DNA of 64,000 nt from Bacteroidota bacterium. GTDB lineage: Bacteria > Bacteroidota > Bacteroidia > AKYH767-A > OLB10. Below, one piece after another: positions 40,152 through 49,266 of this stretch. The stretch spans positions 193,212 through 257,211 of the forward strand of contig JADKIC010000002.1 of the NCBI GenBank assembly GCA_016721435.1, written 5' to 3'. The notes below the pieces were generated by a model, which was not told the origin of the DNA, did not search any database, and saw only the letters and a program-made list of their open reading frames with translations. The position numbers and the translations under genes are program-made. Position 1 is the stretch's first letter. Every line of letters starts with the position of its first letter.

Positions 40152-40910
40152 ATGAATAATTCAATTCAATTCTTTCGAAACAATTCATCATTGCGATTTC
40201 TGTTGTTTTTCCTGCTCTACTTTGTTTTAGGATTAAGTGCTTGTAAGGACGATGACGAAACGACGCCAATGCTGGAGACAGGAACCATGATTGATGTAGA
40301 TGGGAATATTTACAAAACAGTGTTGATTGGTGGTAAGTGGTGGATGGCCGAGAATTTGAGAGTAAAACATTATCGTGACGGTCAGGCTGTGAATGAATTA
40401 GTAGAAGATACCACCTGGAGTCAGGGTGCTGCGGCTTATTCTGTTCATCCGGATGCGACCACAGCGATGGGATATCTTTACAATTGGGAAGCCGTTTCCA
40501 ATACAGCCGGTCTGGCTCCTGACGGATGGCATATTGCTACCGATGAGGAATGGAAGCAATTGGAAAGTGCAGTGGGTATGGAATCATCAGAAATTGTAAA
40601 GACAGGATGGAGAGGTTCCATTGAAGGCGATGCTTTAAAAGCAGAAGGAACGGATAACTGGAACAGATTTGATCCCGTATGGGCAACGAACAGCAGTGGC
40701 TTTACTGCATTATCTGGATCGTGTCGTCTATACAATGGGAAATTTGGATATCCCGGCCGCTTATATACCGGATTTTGGTGGACCGCCTCAGAAAATATAG
40801 CTGATAATTCAAAAGCCTGGTACCGCTATCTGGATTATAAGACATCAGAAGTATTCAGACAGTATCTTCAGAAAGAATATGGAATGAGTGTGCGTTGCGT
40901 CAAAGATTAG
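40152..40910 (+). CDS. FISUMP-domain lipoprotein (Fibrobacter succinogenes major paralogous domain, TIGR02145-like)
   Basis: Lipobox LGLSACKDD. GGKWWMAENLR, GYLYNW, GWHIATDEEW, GFWWTASE, SVRCVKD are the hallmark FISUMP motifs. Confidence 0.75.
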   Translation: MNNSIQFFRNNSSLRFLLFFLLYFVLGLSACKDDDETTPMLETGTMIDVDGNIYKTVLIGGKWWMAENLRVKHYRDGQAVNELVEDTTWSQGAAAYSVHPDATTAMGYLYNWEAVSNTAGLAPDGWHIATDEEWKQLESAVGMESSEIVKTGWRGSIEGDALKAEGTDNWNRFDPVWATNSSGFTALSGSCRLYNGKFGYPGRLYTGFWWTASENIADNSKAWYRYLDYKTSEVFRQYLQKEYGMSVRCVKD

Positions 40911-41340
40911 TTCATTTGTTTTTGCAAACTTTACCTATGGAGAGGGTAATGCTGGTTAATGCAGTGGATGAAAGGAGTAAGAGATGTTTTAGTGTGATGT
41001 TTTATTGCTGCCCATTTCAATAACAGATACGTTAAAGAAATTTCTTGGTGAACATTAGTACTAATTTTCCTAAGTAAAACATGATTACAGAGTATATTTC
41101 GAAGATTTGCGTTTGAAATTGCCAATAAATCGCTATATTTTTTCAATGATTTCCGGACTTTTTTAGTTAATTCAATATGTCTTTAATGTTACCTGATTTT
41201 TGGTTTAACATACAGGTGAAATACAAATAATGATTTAGTAAGTTACCGGATATTTCCAGGTTCAATTACCACTCTACATTTGACCCGAGTTAAAGAGTGC
41301 ATGCATCATTTAAAATCAAATAATAAACCAAATTAAAAAA

Positions 41341-42951
41341 ATGAAAAAACTAATTGCAAAATTTGCTGTTGCTGCCGGGATGGTAGTTGCAGCCGGTACT
41401 ACGGGTTCTGCTCAAAACAACTTAGGTGCTGATTGCGGATGTCCACAAGTTTCCAGCCGTCCAACTAAGAACTTCAGTGCTTATGTTGATGTAAACGGAA
41501 ACCTGCTTGCGAATCTCTATCTGTATTGCGACACCACCTACATCCTTAACGACAAAGTTTGGGTAGGTGCCGGTAAGACGATCACTATCGCTCCCGGAAC
41601 TGTTATTAAAGGAACACCAACCGGTATCGGTGTTCAACAAAATTCTCTTGTTATCATGCGCGGTGGTAAAATCAATGCTGCAGGTACTACTACCTGTCCG
41701 ATTGTATTTACTTCAACAAATGATCCTGTAAATGGTACTTATCCAATCGGCAATCGTGCAGAGTGGGGTGGAATTCAGGTATTGGGTAACGCGCAATTGG
41801 CTCGTTTAGGTGGTGTAGCTATTGCCGGTGGTGGAACAACTGCTAACGGTGAGTGGTTAATGGAAGGTTTGAATGCTGATGCCCGTTCAATATTTGGCGG
41901 AGGATCAAATCCAAACAACAATGACGACTCTGGTGTACTTCGTTATGTATCTATTCGTCATGCAGGTGGTGCAACCGCAGCAAACGTAGAGTTGAACGGT
42001 TTATCACTTGGTGCTGTAGGTAGCGGAACTATTATTGAAAACATCGAAGTCCTTTCAAACGACGATGATGCTGTTGAGTGGTGGGGTGGTACTGTAAACT
42101 GTAAGTATCTTAACTTCATGTTCCTGAATGATGACGGTTATGATATTGACATGGATTATGATGGAAAATTACAATTCCTGTTTGGTGTGAAAGCTCCTGC
42201 TGCTGTTGCTCCGGGTGGTGAAAGTGGTTTCGAGTGGGATGGTGATGAAGGTGCTTCTACCTGGTTTGGTGGTTACACTTCTGCTGTTTCTACTATGAAG
42301 TCTCATCCAGTTGTTTACAATGCAACTATCCTTGGTAATGGTTCTAATACCGGTGCGGGTGGTACTGGTACTACTCCTGGAAATCCATTCGGCATTAGCT
42401 TCAAATCAGATGCTGAAGGTGAAATCTACAATTCTATCTTCACCGGTTTCCGTGGTGGTATGAATTTACAAAGTACTTCAGATTCTTCTTACACAAACTG
42501 GGTGAACAACTTAGTAAAAGTTCAATGTAACCATTGGGTAGGATGTACTTTCCCTGCTTCTAACCAAAACGTTCCTTTCGTTGCAGGTGGTGCTGACTCC
42601 ACTAAATTCTTTGGTGATAACAACGTAAACACGAACAGCATTGCAGGTTTTGATTATTTGTTCAACATCAACGGATCAACTAACGTTGTTTCTGACAACA
42701 TCGATGTAGTTCCAAACAGCAATCTTTCAACAACTTGTTCAGCTCCTAATGATGGTTTCTTCACACCTGCTAACTATCGCGGTGCATTTGAAGCAGGTAA
42801 AAAGCCTTGGTTAAACAAGTGGGCTTACACTTCTGTAATCAATGTTATTCCGGGCTTATCTCCATGTCCTACTGACCTGAATTCAGATGGTCAAACCAAC
42901 ACTTCTGACTTCTTGTTGTTCGTTGCTCAATTCAACCTTTCTTGTAACTAA
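41341..42951 (+). CDS. Secreted Gly/Asn-rich protein (beta-helix-like repeats) ending in a single dockerin-like Ca-binding segment
   Basis: Signal peptide. C-terminal DLNSDGQTNTSDFLLFVAQF matches the dockerin loop pattern D.N.DG...N..D...L. A TACATTTG -7 box lies at about 41272-41279. Confidence 0.55.
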   Translation: MKKLIAKFAVAAGMVVAAGTTGSAQNNLGADCGCPQVSSRPTKNFSAYVDVNGNLLANLYLYCDTTYILNDKVWVGAGKTITIAPGTVIKGTPTGIGVQQNSLVIMRGGKINAAGTTTCPIVFTSTNDPVNGTYPIGNRAEWGGIQVLGNAQLARLGGVAIAGGGTTANGEWLMEGLNADARSIFGGGSNPNNNDDSGVLRYVSIRHAGGATAANVELNGLSLGAVGSGTIIENIEVLSNDDDAVEWWGGTVNCKYLNFMFLNDDGYDIDMDYDGKLQFLFGVKAPAAVAPGGESGFEWDGDEGASTWFGGYTSAVSTMKSHPVVYNATILGNGSNTGAGGTGTTPGNPFGISFKSDAEGEIYNSIFTGFRGGMNLQSTSDSSYTNWVNNLVKVQCNHWVGCTFPASNQNVPFVAGGADSTKFFGDNNVNTNSIAGFDYLFNINGSTNVVSDNIDVVPNSNLSTTCSAPNDGFFTPANYRGAFEAGKKPWLNKWAYTSVINVIPGLSPCPTDLNSDGQTNTSDFLLFVAQFNLSCN

Positions 42952-42987
42952 AATTAAAGAAAAAAAACAGCTCACAGCTACAAAATT

Positions 42988-45900
42988 ATGAAACTAAATA
43001 AACTATTAACAGGAGCACTCCTCTTGTTAACGGGAACCTTTGCGCATGCCCAGAACGGTCTGGAGAACATAATCATAGAGAAGTACTACGTATCAAAGGC
43101 TGCTGATGCTGCTAACGCCAACACTGCATTGTCAGGAGCCGGTTATACAACAGGTACATTACCTTCGGGTTCTGTTACCTGGCGTGTGTACGCTGATCTG
43201 CTCCCGGGTTGGGGAGTTCAGTCAGTGTATGGTGTACCAAGTCATCCATTGGTGCTGACTTCTTCAACATCATTCTTTAATCATCCGAATGCGAATACTA
43301 CAGGTGGAAACTTCTCCAGCAACAGTAACAGTATCCTCGGCGACGGAACTACACTTCTAGACTCTTATCTGTCTTGCGGTGCTGTAGCTCCTGCACGTTT
43401 CGGTGTATTGAAAGCCGAAGATAATTCTGCTGCAGTTCCTGCAGGTGGTGGTATTAACCAGGTGATTACTCCCGGTACAGTATTGGCCAACAACGATCCA
43501 AGTGCAGCTCCTGCGCTTACCGTTGCTGATGGTCACTATAACGTTGGTGGATCTCCGGCATTACTTGCTCTTACTCTATTAGGTGATGCAGCTGCTGCTC
43601 CGGTAAATATTTTTACCGATGGTTCAACAGTTGGTAATAACTACAATAGTACAAATACTTCATGGGGAGTATTGGGTGAGCAGGTAGGAGCTTTCCCTAC
43701 AGGTACTAACCGTGTATTGATTGGACAATTTACTTCTGATGGTGTATTCCATTATGAGTTGAATATCCAAATCCGTAACAACACTACCTTTGCTGTGCAA
43801 AACTATGTGAATGCTAACCCAACCGGTGCCGAGATTTTATTAACCGCTCTTGCCGGTACATTGAATCAGCCAAATGCTGCTCCAAGTGTTAACATTACAG
43901 CTCCTGCAAATGGTGCCAGTTTCTTTGTGGGTGATAACGTGAACATCACTGCTACTGCTTCTGACGTTGCTCCAGGTACTGTTACGCAGGTGGAATTCTT
44001 CGTAAACGGAGTTTCTGTAGGTGTGGACAATACAGATCCTTATGCAGCTACCTATGTGGCTACTTCAGGAACGAAGAACATCACTGCTGTAGCTACTGAT
44101 AACGGAGGTGCTACTACTACTTCTTCTATCGTTACCATTACTGTGGGTACAAACACTGCACCTTTAGTAAATATCACGGCTCCTGCTAATGGAACATTGT
44201 TCATTGGTGGAGCTGCTGTTCAGATTGATGCGAATGCATCTGATCCGGGTGGTGCTGTGGCTCAGGTGGAATTCTTTGTAAACGGAGTTTCTGTAGGTGT
44301 AGATAATACATCGCCTTACTCTGTTTCCTGGACAAGTGGTGCTCCTTTCGGAACACGTTTATTGACTGCTGTGGCTACAGATAACTTCGGTTCATCAACT
44401 ACTTCTGCTACAGTTTCTATCACTGTTCAAAATCCTTCAGCTCTTCCTTACACTATCGGAAATCTTACAGAAAAATGTGTAAACAGCAATTTCTGTCTTC
44501 CTATCACTGCTGTTGATACCGTTGCGGATATCATCGGTTATGATATCGTTCTCGACTATGATGTAACTAAAGTTGCTCCAACAGGAGCAATTGTACGTAG
44601 CAATGATTTACTGCTTCCTTCTTTCAACTACAACATGGTGAGCACTGCTTACTCTAATGATGCTACAAATGGTAAATTGCGTATCGCAGTTTATTTCAAC
44701 GGTAGCGCTCCTTCATCTGCTCGTTTTGCCGGATCAGGAGATATCATTTGTGTTGAATTTGCTAAGACAGGTCTTGGTAACACAGATACAGCTTTATTCG
44801 TAGCAGATACTTTAATGGAAAGCCGCATTACCGGAGTTCAATTGAAGGCTACTGATGCTGGAAGCTATGCAACGTATAAAGACAGTCTCTTCAGCAGCAA
44901 TTTGAAATTCTGGGAAGATTTCAGTCCTATCCGTTACAATGCAGCTGCACCTGCTGATTATTTGATCACTAATATTTATGGAAACAATACCAGCTGTAAC
45001 AACCGTTCAGTTGCTGCTGTTCAACCAGATCTAAATGGTGAGTTTACATACAATGTGAACAATGGTGCTAAGATTGAAATCATCAAGGATATCGCTCCGG
45101 CAACGGATATGCAACCTGTAGTGAATGGATTTGACGCCTTCCTTACACGTCGTGTGTTGATCAATGATGCAAGTTTCGTTCCTTCTGTTTATCAGATGAT
45201 CGCTATGGATGTGAATACAGATGGTGTTGTTTCTGCAGGTGACTTGTCACAGATTAACCAACGTGCTGTATTATTCATTCCTGAATTCCAACAGGATTGG
45301 AACTACAATGCTCAGGGTGTATCTAATGGTCAGCCTTCAAGAGACTGGTTGTTCATTGATGTAAATACTGTAAGTGCTAGCCCTTCTTATTACATATCTA
45401 CTAACTATCCTTCTAATGATGGAATTGGTTATAGCAAGAATAAAGTTCCACAAGTTGATTTCTGTAGCCCAATCCCTGTTAGTTTTATTAATGGTGATTG
45501 TCCTGTAATCGGAACTGAATCTTATATCGGTGTATTGTTAGGTGATGCTAACGGAAATTACTCTTCTAACAATGGTGCTCCAAGTCCATTTAAAGTGGGA
45601 AGCTCTGAGAAAGTAATTTTTGATGCTACAAAAGCAGTAGTTGCTGATGGTTTCGTTACGATTCCTGTTGCTGTTAAATCATTCAATACTGTAAATGCAA
45701 TCGATTTCGCTTTCCAGTTCAATGCAGGCAACCTTACTTTCGATAACGTGACAGACCTTACCGGTAAAATGATGGTTCTTTCTCATTTCAATACTGCGGA
45801 TCAAACTGTTCGTTTCACTTCGAATAGCTTGGAAAGCATTGAAAAGAATGTAACTGTTTTAAATGTGCGTTTCGCTATCAATAGCACTAATTTCAACCCT

Positions 45901-46218
45901 GCTGACTTGAATTCACTTTCAGGTTATATCAACGGTGAAAGCGCTGAAGTTGAAGTAAGAACGGAGCGTATCGCTGCAACGGATGTGAACGTAAGTGTTT
46001 ATCCAAATCCGGTAAACAATATGTTGAATGTGTTTGTATCTGAGAATGCTCAAATCGAACTTTCTGATTTAAGTGGCCGTGTGATCATGACTGTAAACAA
46101 TGTACTTGCTGATCAAAAGCAGGAACTTAATGTTGCGGGTATTGCAGACGGTGTTTATATGCTGAAAGTTTGGAACGGTGAGTTTGTTTCAACAAGCAAA
46201 GTGGTAGTAAAGCATTAA
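42988..46218 (+). CDS. Large (1076 aa) T9SS-secreted scaffold-like protein, paralogue 5: shared N-terminal domain, two Big-like Ig domains, two cohesin-like domains, a dockerin-like segment and a T9SS C-terminal domain
   Basis: GLENIIIEKYYVS...GSVTWRVYADLLPGW...VLIGQFTSDGVFHYELNIQI. Ig repeats APSVNITAPANG...VEFFVNGVSVGVDNT (x2). Cohesin-like CLPITAVDTVADIIGYDIVLDYDVTKV...NGKLRIAVYFNGS...GDIICVEFAKTG, and a second copy at KVIFDATKAVVADGFVTIPVAVKSFNTVNAIDFAFQFNAGNLTFDNV. DVNTDGVVSAGDLSQINQ dockerin-like loop. C-terminal domain VYPNPVNNMLNVFV...GVYMLKVWNGEFVSTSKVVVKH. Confidence 0.75.
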   Translation: MKLNKLLTGALLLLTGTFAHAQNGLENIIIEKYYVSKAADAANANTALSGAGYTTGTLPSGSVTWRVYADLLPGWGVQSVYGVPSHPLVLTSSTSFFNHPNANTTGGNFSSNSNSILGDGTTLLDSYLSCGAVAPARFGVLKAEDNSAAVPAGGGINQVITPGTVLANNDPSAAPALTVADGHYNVGGSPALLALTLLGDAAAAPVNIFTDGSTVGNNYNSTNTSWGVLGEQVGAFPTGTNRVLIGQFTSDGVFHYELNIQIRNNTTFAVQNYVNANPTGAEILLTALAGTLNQPNAAPSVNITAPANGASFFVGDNVNITATASDVAPGTVTQVEFFVNGVSVGVDNTDPYAATYVATSGTKNITAVATDNGGATTTSSIVTITVGTNTAPLVNITAPANGTLFIGGAAVQIDANASDPGGAVAQVEFFVNGVSVGVDNTSPYSVSWTSGAPFGTRLLTAVATDNFGSSTTSATVSITVQNPSALPYTIGNLTEKCVNSNFCLPITAVDTVADIIGYDIVLDYDVTKVAPTGAIVRSNDLLLPSFNYNMVSTAYSNDATNGKLRIAVYFNGSAPSSARFAGSGDIICVEFAKTGLGNTDTALFVADTLMESRITGVQLKATDAGSYATYKDSLFSSNLKFWEDFSPIRYNAAAPADYLITNIYGNNTSCNNRSVAAVQPDLNGEFTYNVNNGAKIEIIKDIAPATDMQPVVNGFDAFLTRRVLINDASFVPSVYQMIAMDVNTDGVVSAGDLSQINQRAVLFIPEFQQDWNYNAQGVSNGQPSRDWLFIDVNTVSASPSYYISTNYPSNDGIGYSKNKVPQVDFCSPIPVSFINGDCPVIGTESYIGVLLGDANGNYSSNNGAPSPFKVGSSEKVIFDATKAVVADGFVTIPVAVKSFNTVNAIDFAFQFNAGNLTFDNVTDLTGKMMVLSHFNTADQTVRFTSNSLESIEKNVTVLNVRFAINSTNFNPADLNSLSGYINGESAEVEVRTERIAATDVNVSVYPNPVNNMLNVFVSENAQIELSDLSGRVIMTVNNVLADQKQELNVAGIADGVYMLKVWNGEFVSTSKVVVKH

Positions 46219-46242
46219 TATTTGATTAGTATTATTTTGAAA

Positions 46243-46275
46243 GGGCTCCGGGGTTATTCGGAGCCCTTTTTTATT
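46243..46275 (+). terminator. Rho-independent terminator after the 1076-aa gene
   Basis: GGGCTCCGgggttattCGGAGCCC followed by TTTTTTATTTT, read directly. Confidence 0.7.
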
Positions 46276-46400
46276 TTCTAGAACTTTCTGGATTTATATT
46301 TTAACCATTTTTCGTATTGTTAATATTAGTTTAACATGACTATTTGATCAGAGCCTTACATTTGTTTCACACAATTGCCGCAATTGAAGATTTTACAAAA

Positions 46401-47009
46401 ATGATGAAGTGCCTGTTTACTTTTTTCGCAATTTGCTTACTGTCGGCCGGAGATGGATGGGCTAATGAAAAACTTACTTTTTCCAACCAAAGGGAAACAG
46501 TTTACGATGAGCTTTTCATGGAGGAAACGACGCGTGTAGGTTTGAATGTTGGTGGAGATTCAACGGATATAATATTATCGGGTGGTTTCGCAAATTTTGC
46601 CTATATAATTACGGAAGGTTCACTTTTTATTTGCCCCGGAGATACCATTACCCTCAGCGCCGGAGGAGGAACGGCCGGATCTACTTATCTATGGACAACA
46701 GGCGCAACAACATCTTCTATTCAGGTTTCAGCTACCGGAGTCTATGGCTTGAAAATTACGACCTGTAAAGGAAAAGGGAAGGGTGGAAAATGTACATCTG
46801 TTGCTGTGCCGGTTGCAATAACCGTCAGTAGCCTCATTTCCGATTTGAATAATGATGGTAATGTGGATGTTTTGGATTACATCATCTTCCTCGGAGTGTT
46901 TAATAGCCCTTGCCCTGCATGTGCGGAAGACTTTATTGCAGATGGATTAATAGATACCAGGGATTATTTGCGATGGGTATCGGATATTTTTAAGACTTGT
47001 AATAATTGA
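46401..47009 (+). CDS. Small secreted protein with Ig-like middle region and a C-terminal double dockerin-like module
   Basis: Signal peptide MMKCLFTFFAICLLSAG. C-terminus DLNNDGNVDVLDYIIFLGVF - 9-aa linker - DFIADGLIDTRDYLRWVSDIF gives two Ca-binding loop plus helix segments in the dockerin arrangement. Confidence 0.6.
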   Translation: MMKCLFTFFAICLLSAGDGWANEKLTFSNQRETVYDELFMEETTRVGLNVGGDSTDIILSGGFANFAYIITEGSLFICPGDTITLSAGGGTAGSTYLWTTGATTSSIQVSATGVYGLKITTCKGKGKGGKCTSVAVPVAITVSSLISDLNNDGNVDVLDYIIFLGVFNSPCPACAEDFIADGLIDTRDYLRWVSDIFKTCNN

Positions 47010-47140
47010 TTTTTGCAGAAAATTTAATTTTCAGAGGTTAATGACTTATCCTTAACAATTTTCTCATTTAGAAGTAATTTCAGCATAATATTATTGCCAG
47101 ACTGAAGCTATATATTTGCTAACTAATCCCCTCCCCAATC

Positions 47141-47890
47141 ATGTCTAAAATTATACTATCAAATCTATTCTTGTTTTTTGCTGCAATGATTCATTGTCAA
47201 GCGAAACAAAGCAACATATTCCCCACTCCTGATGTAGTTACCATCGATGCCGGTGATTCAGTCATTTTTGATATGTTTAACGCCACATATTCCGGATCAC
47301 AGGTTACTATTCCGGTATATATCAATTCAGATGACCCTATCTATGCGGTTGACTTTTCCTTTAAGTTTAATAACCTGGATATGGTGTATGATACGATTAC
47401 TTTATCCCCGGCTGGATCTACATTGCTCGCCGTTTCCTATTTGAATCCTAATGATTCCGTGGTACGTTTTACCTCCAGTTCGCTGGTGAGTATTGCTAAT
47501 CAAACGGTATTGGTATATATTCATTTTAATTTGGCATCCGGCCAAACATTAGATGCAGCAGATATGTTTACTTTGAAAGGATATTTAAATGGCGATCCTT
47601 GTAGTGAGGCCATAATTCCTCCGTCTACGGTTGGATTAAGTGATTTTGCATCAAATTGGAATTTGTCCATCTTCCCAAATCCCGCTACCGATTTCCTTTT
47701 TGTGGAAATGAATCAGAATGCCGTTCTTGAAGTGATGGATGTACAGGGTAAGGATGTGTTGCTAAAACAATCTTTAAATGCAGGAATCAAAAATCAGGTG
47801 AACATTGAGTTTCTTCCTATCGGTTTCTATCTGTTACGCATTTATAACGAAGAAGGTGTCAGCGTAAAGAAGGTGTTTGTTGCGAAGTAA
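47141..47890 (+). CDS. Cohesin-like domain protein with T9SS C-terminal sorting domain
   Basis: VVTIDAGDSVIFDMFNATYSGSQVTIPVYINSDDPIYAVDFSFKFNNLDMVYDTITL resembles the second cohesin-like domain of the 1076-aa protein. C-terminal domain IFPNPATDFLFVEM...GFYLLRIYNEEGVSVKKVFVAK. Confidence 0.65.
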   Translation: MSKIILSNLFLFFAAMIHCQAKQSNIFPTPDVVTIDAGDSVIFDMFNATYSGSQVTIPVYINSDDPIYAVDFSFKFNNLDMVYDTITLSPAGSTLLAVSYLNPNDSVVRFTSSSLVSIANQTVLVYIHFNLASGQTLDAADMFTLKGYLNGDPCSEAIIPPSTVGLSDFASNWNLSIFPNPATDFLFVEMNQNAVLEVMDVQGKDVLLKQSLNAGIKNQVNIEFLPIGFYLLRIYNEEGVSVKKVFVAK

Positions 47891-48143
47891 ATTTCGTTAT
47901 GAATATAGTTTTGGGAAAGAAGATAGTTTATCATAATTGTTTTCATAACATGGACAATGACCGCCGATGGGTTGTGCATGAGATTTTATTTTCTATAAGA
48001 ATCCGGAGGTCTTGTGCTTCAAGTGCTTTCATGAATCATTTACTTAAAGGGATATTTAAGGAAAGCGGGAAGTCAAAAAATGTCATGATTCTTATCATTG
48101 CTAAGCCATGTGGTGTGCTTAACTTTGCATAACTCTTGTCTAA

Positions 48144-49262
48144 TTGTCAAGGAAAGTCATGTTGAAAATTTTGTTCGTCTTTTTACTGGTTGTTCATGGT
48201 TTGATTCATGGAATGGGCTTTGTAAAAGCCTTCGATTGGTTTCCTATTACCACCCTTCACCGTAATATTGGAAAATTTGAGGGAGTTGTTTGGATGTTAA
48301 CTGCGCTTTTGTTTATAGCAGCCGGTATAGTGTACTTCATCGACATCAAATACTGGCTGATTATCGGAGTGATTGCTCTTATTTTATCACAACTATTGAT
48401 TGTTATAAATTGGAATGAGGCTAAATTCGGAACGATCCTGAATGTATTGGTGTTGGTCATGTTGGTGCTTCAGTATAGTGCCGCGAGTTTCAAGTCCGGG
48501 TTTATTGAAGATGTAAAGAGAGAACTTGCTGCCGGCGCGAATGAAGTTGTAAAGAAAAATTCTATCCATGATCTTCAGCATTTACCATATCCCGTTCAAC
48601 AATATATGATCCAATCCGGTTTTTTAGAACAGGAGGAGATTCGTAATTTTAGAGTGGAGTTTAAAGGGAGAATCAGGGCTTCAGCAACGTCGGAGTGGAT
48701 GGAATTTACAACCGTTCAGTATAGTTTTACAGAGCATCCTGCCCGCTACTTTTTTATGGAGGCGAAGATGTACGGACTCCCGGTAGCAGGGTACCATGCT
48801 TATCATAACGGTAAAGCCATGATGGATATTCGATTGCTTTCGTTGCTGAAGGTACAATATCAGGATGGTGAATTGATGGATGTTTCAGAAACAGTGACTT
48901 TTTTTAATGATGTATGTTTGATGGCCCCGGCTGCTTTAGTCGACGGTCGCATAAAATGGAAAAGTACCTCAAACAATGAAGTGGATGCAGAGTTTACGAA
49001 TGGAAAAAGTAGTATTTCAGCCAGACTTATATTTGCAGAGGATTTTAAATTGATAAATTTTATTACCAACGACAGGTATTTTCTTTCAGACAAAGAACTG
49101 AAGAAGGTACAATGGGAAACACCTGTTAGAACTTACAATAAAGCGAAACGATTTTTACAAATGGAAAGGGGTGATGCTGTATGGAAATTGCAAGAGGGAG
49201 ATTTTTGTTATGGTGAATTTACAGTAATGGATATCAAATATAATGTGAGTAGTATGGAATAA
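48144..49262 (+). CDS. Hypothetical protein: N-terminal 4-TM region plus soluble C-terminal domain of unknown function
   Basis: 372-aa ORF. Hydrophobic helices in the first roughly 110 aa. No recognisable motif. Confidence 0.4.
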   Translation: MSRKVMLKILFVFLLVVHGLIHGMGFVKAFDWFPITTLHRNIGKFEGVVWMLTALLFIAAGIVYFIDIKYWLIIGVIALILSQLLIVINWNEAKFGTILNVLVLVMLVLQYSAASFKSGFIEDVKRELAAGANEVVKKNSIHDLQHLPYPVQQYMIQSGFLEQEEIRNFRVEFKGRIRASATSEWMEFTTVQYSFTEHPARYFFMEAKMYGLPVAGYHAYHNGKAMMDIRLLSLLKVQYQDGELMDVSETVTFFNDVCLMAPAALVDGRIKWKSTSNNEVDAEFTNGKSSISARLIFAEDFKLINFITNDRYFLSDKELKKVQWETPVRTYNKAKRFLQMERGDAVWKLQEGDFCYGEFTVMDIKYNVSSME

Positions 49263-49266
49263 ATGA

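Noticed and set aside
40931-41146. 71-aa minus-strand ORF in the intergenic region before 41341
   Set aside because: AT-rich spacer containing the TACATTTG promoter box for the downstream gene. The ORF has no ribosome-binding context or recognisable features.
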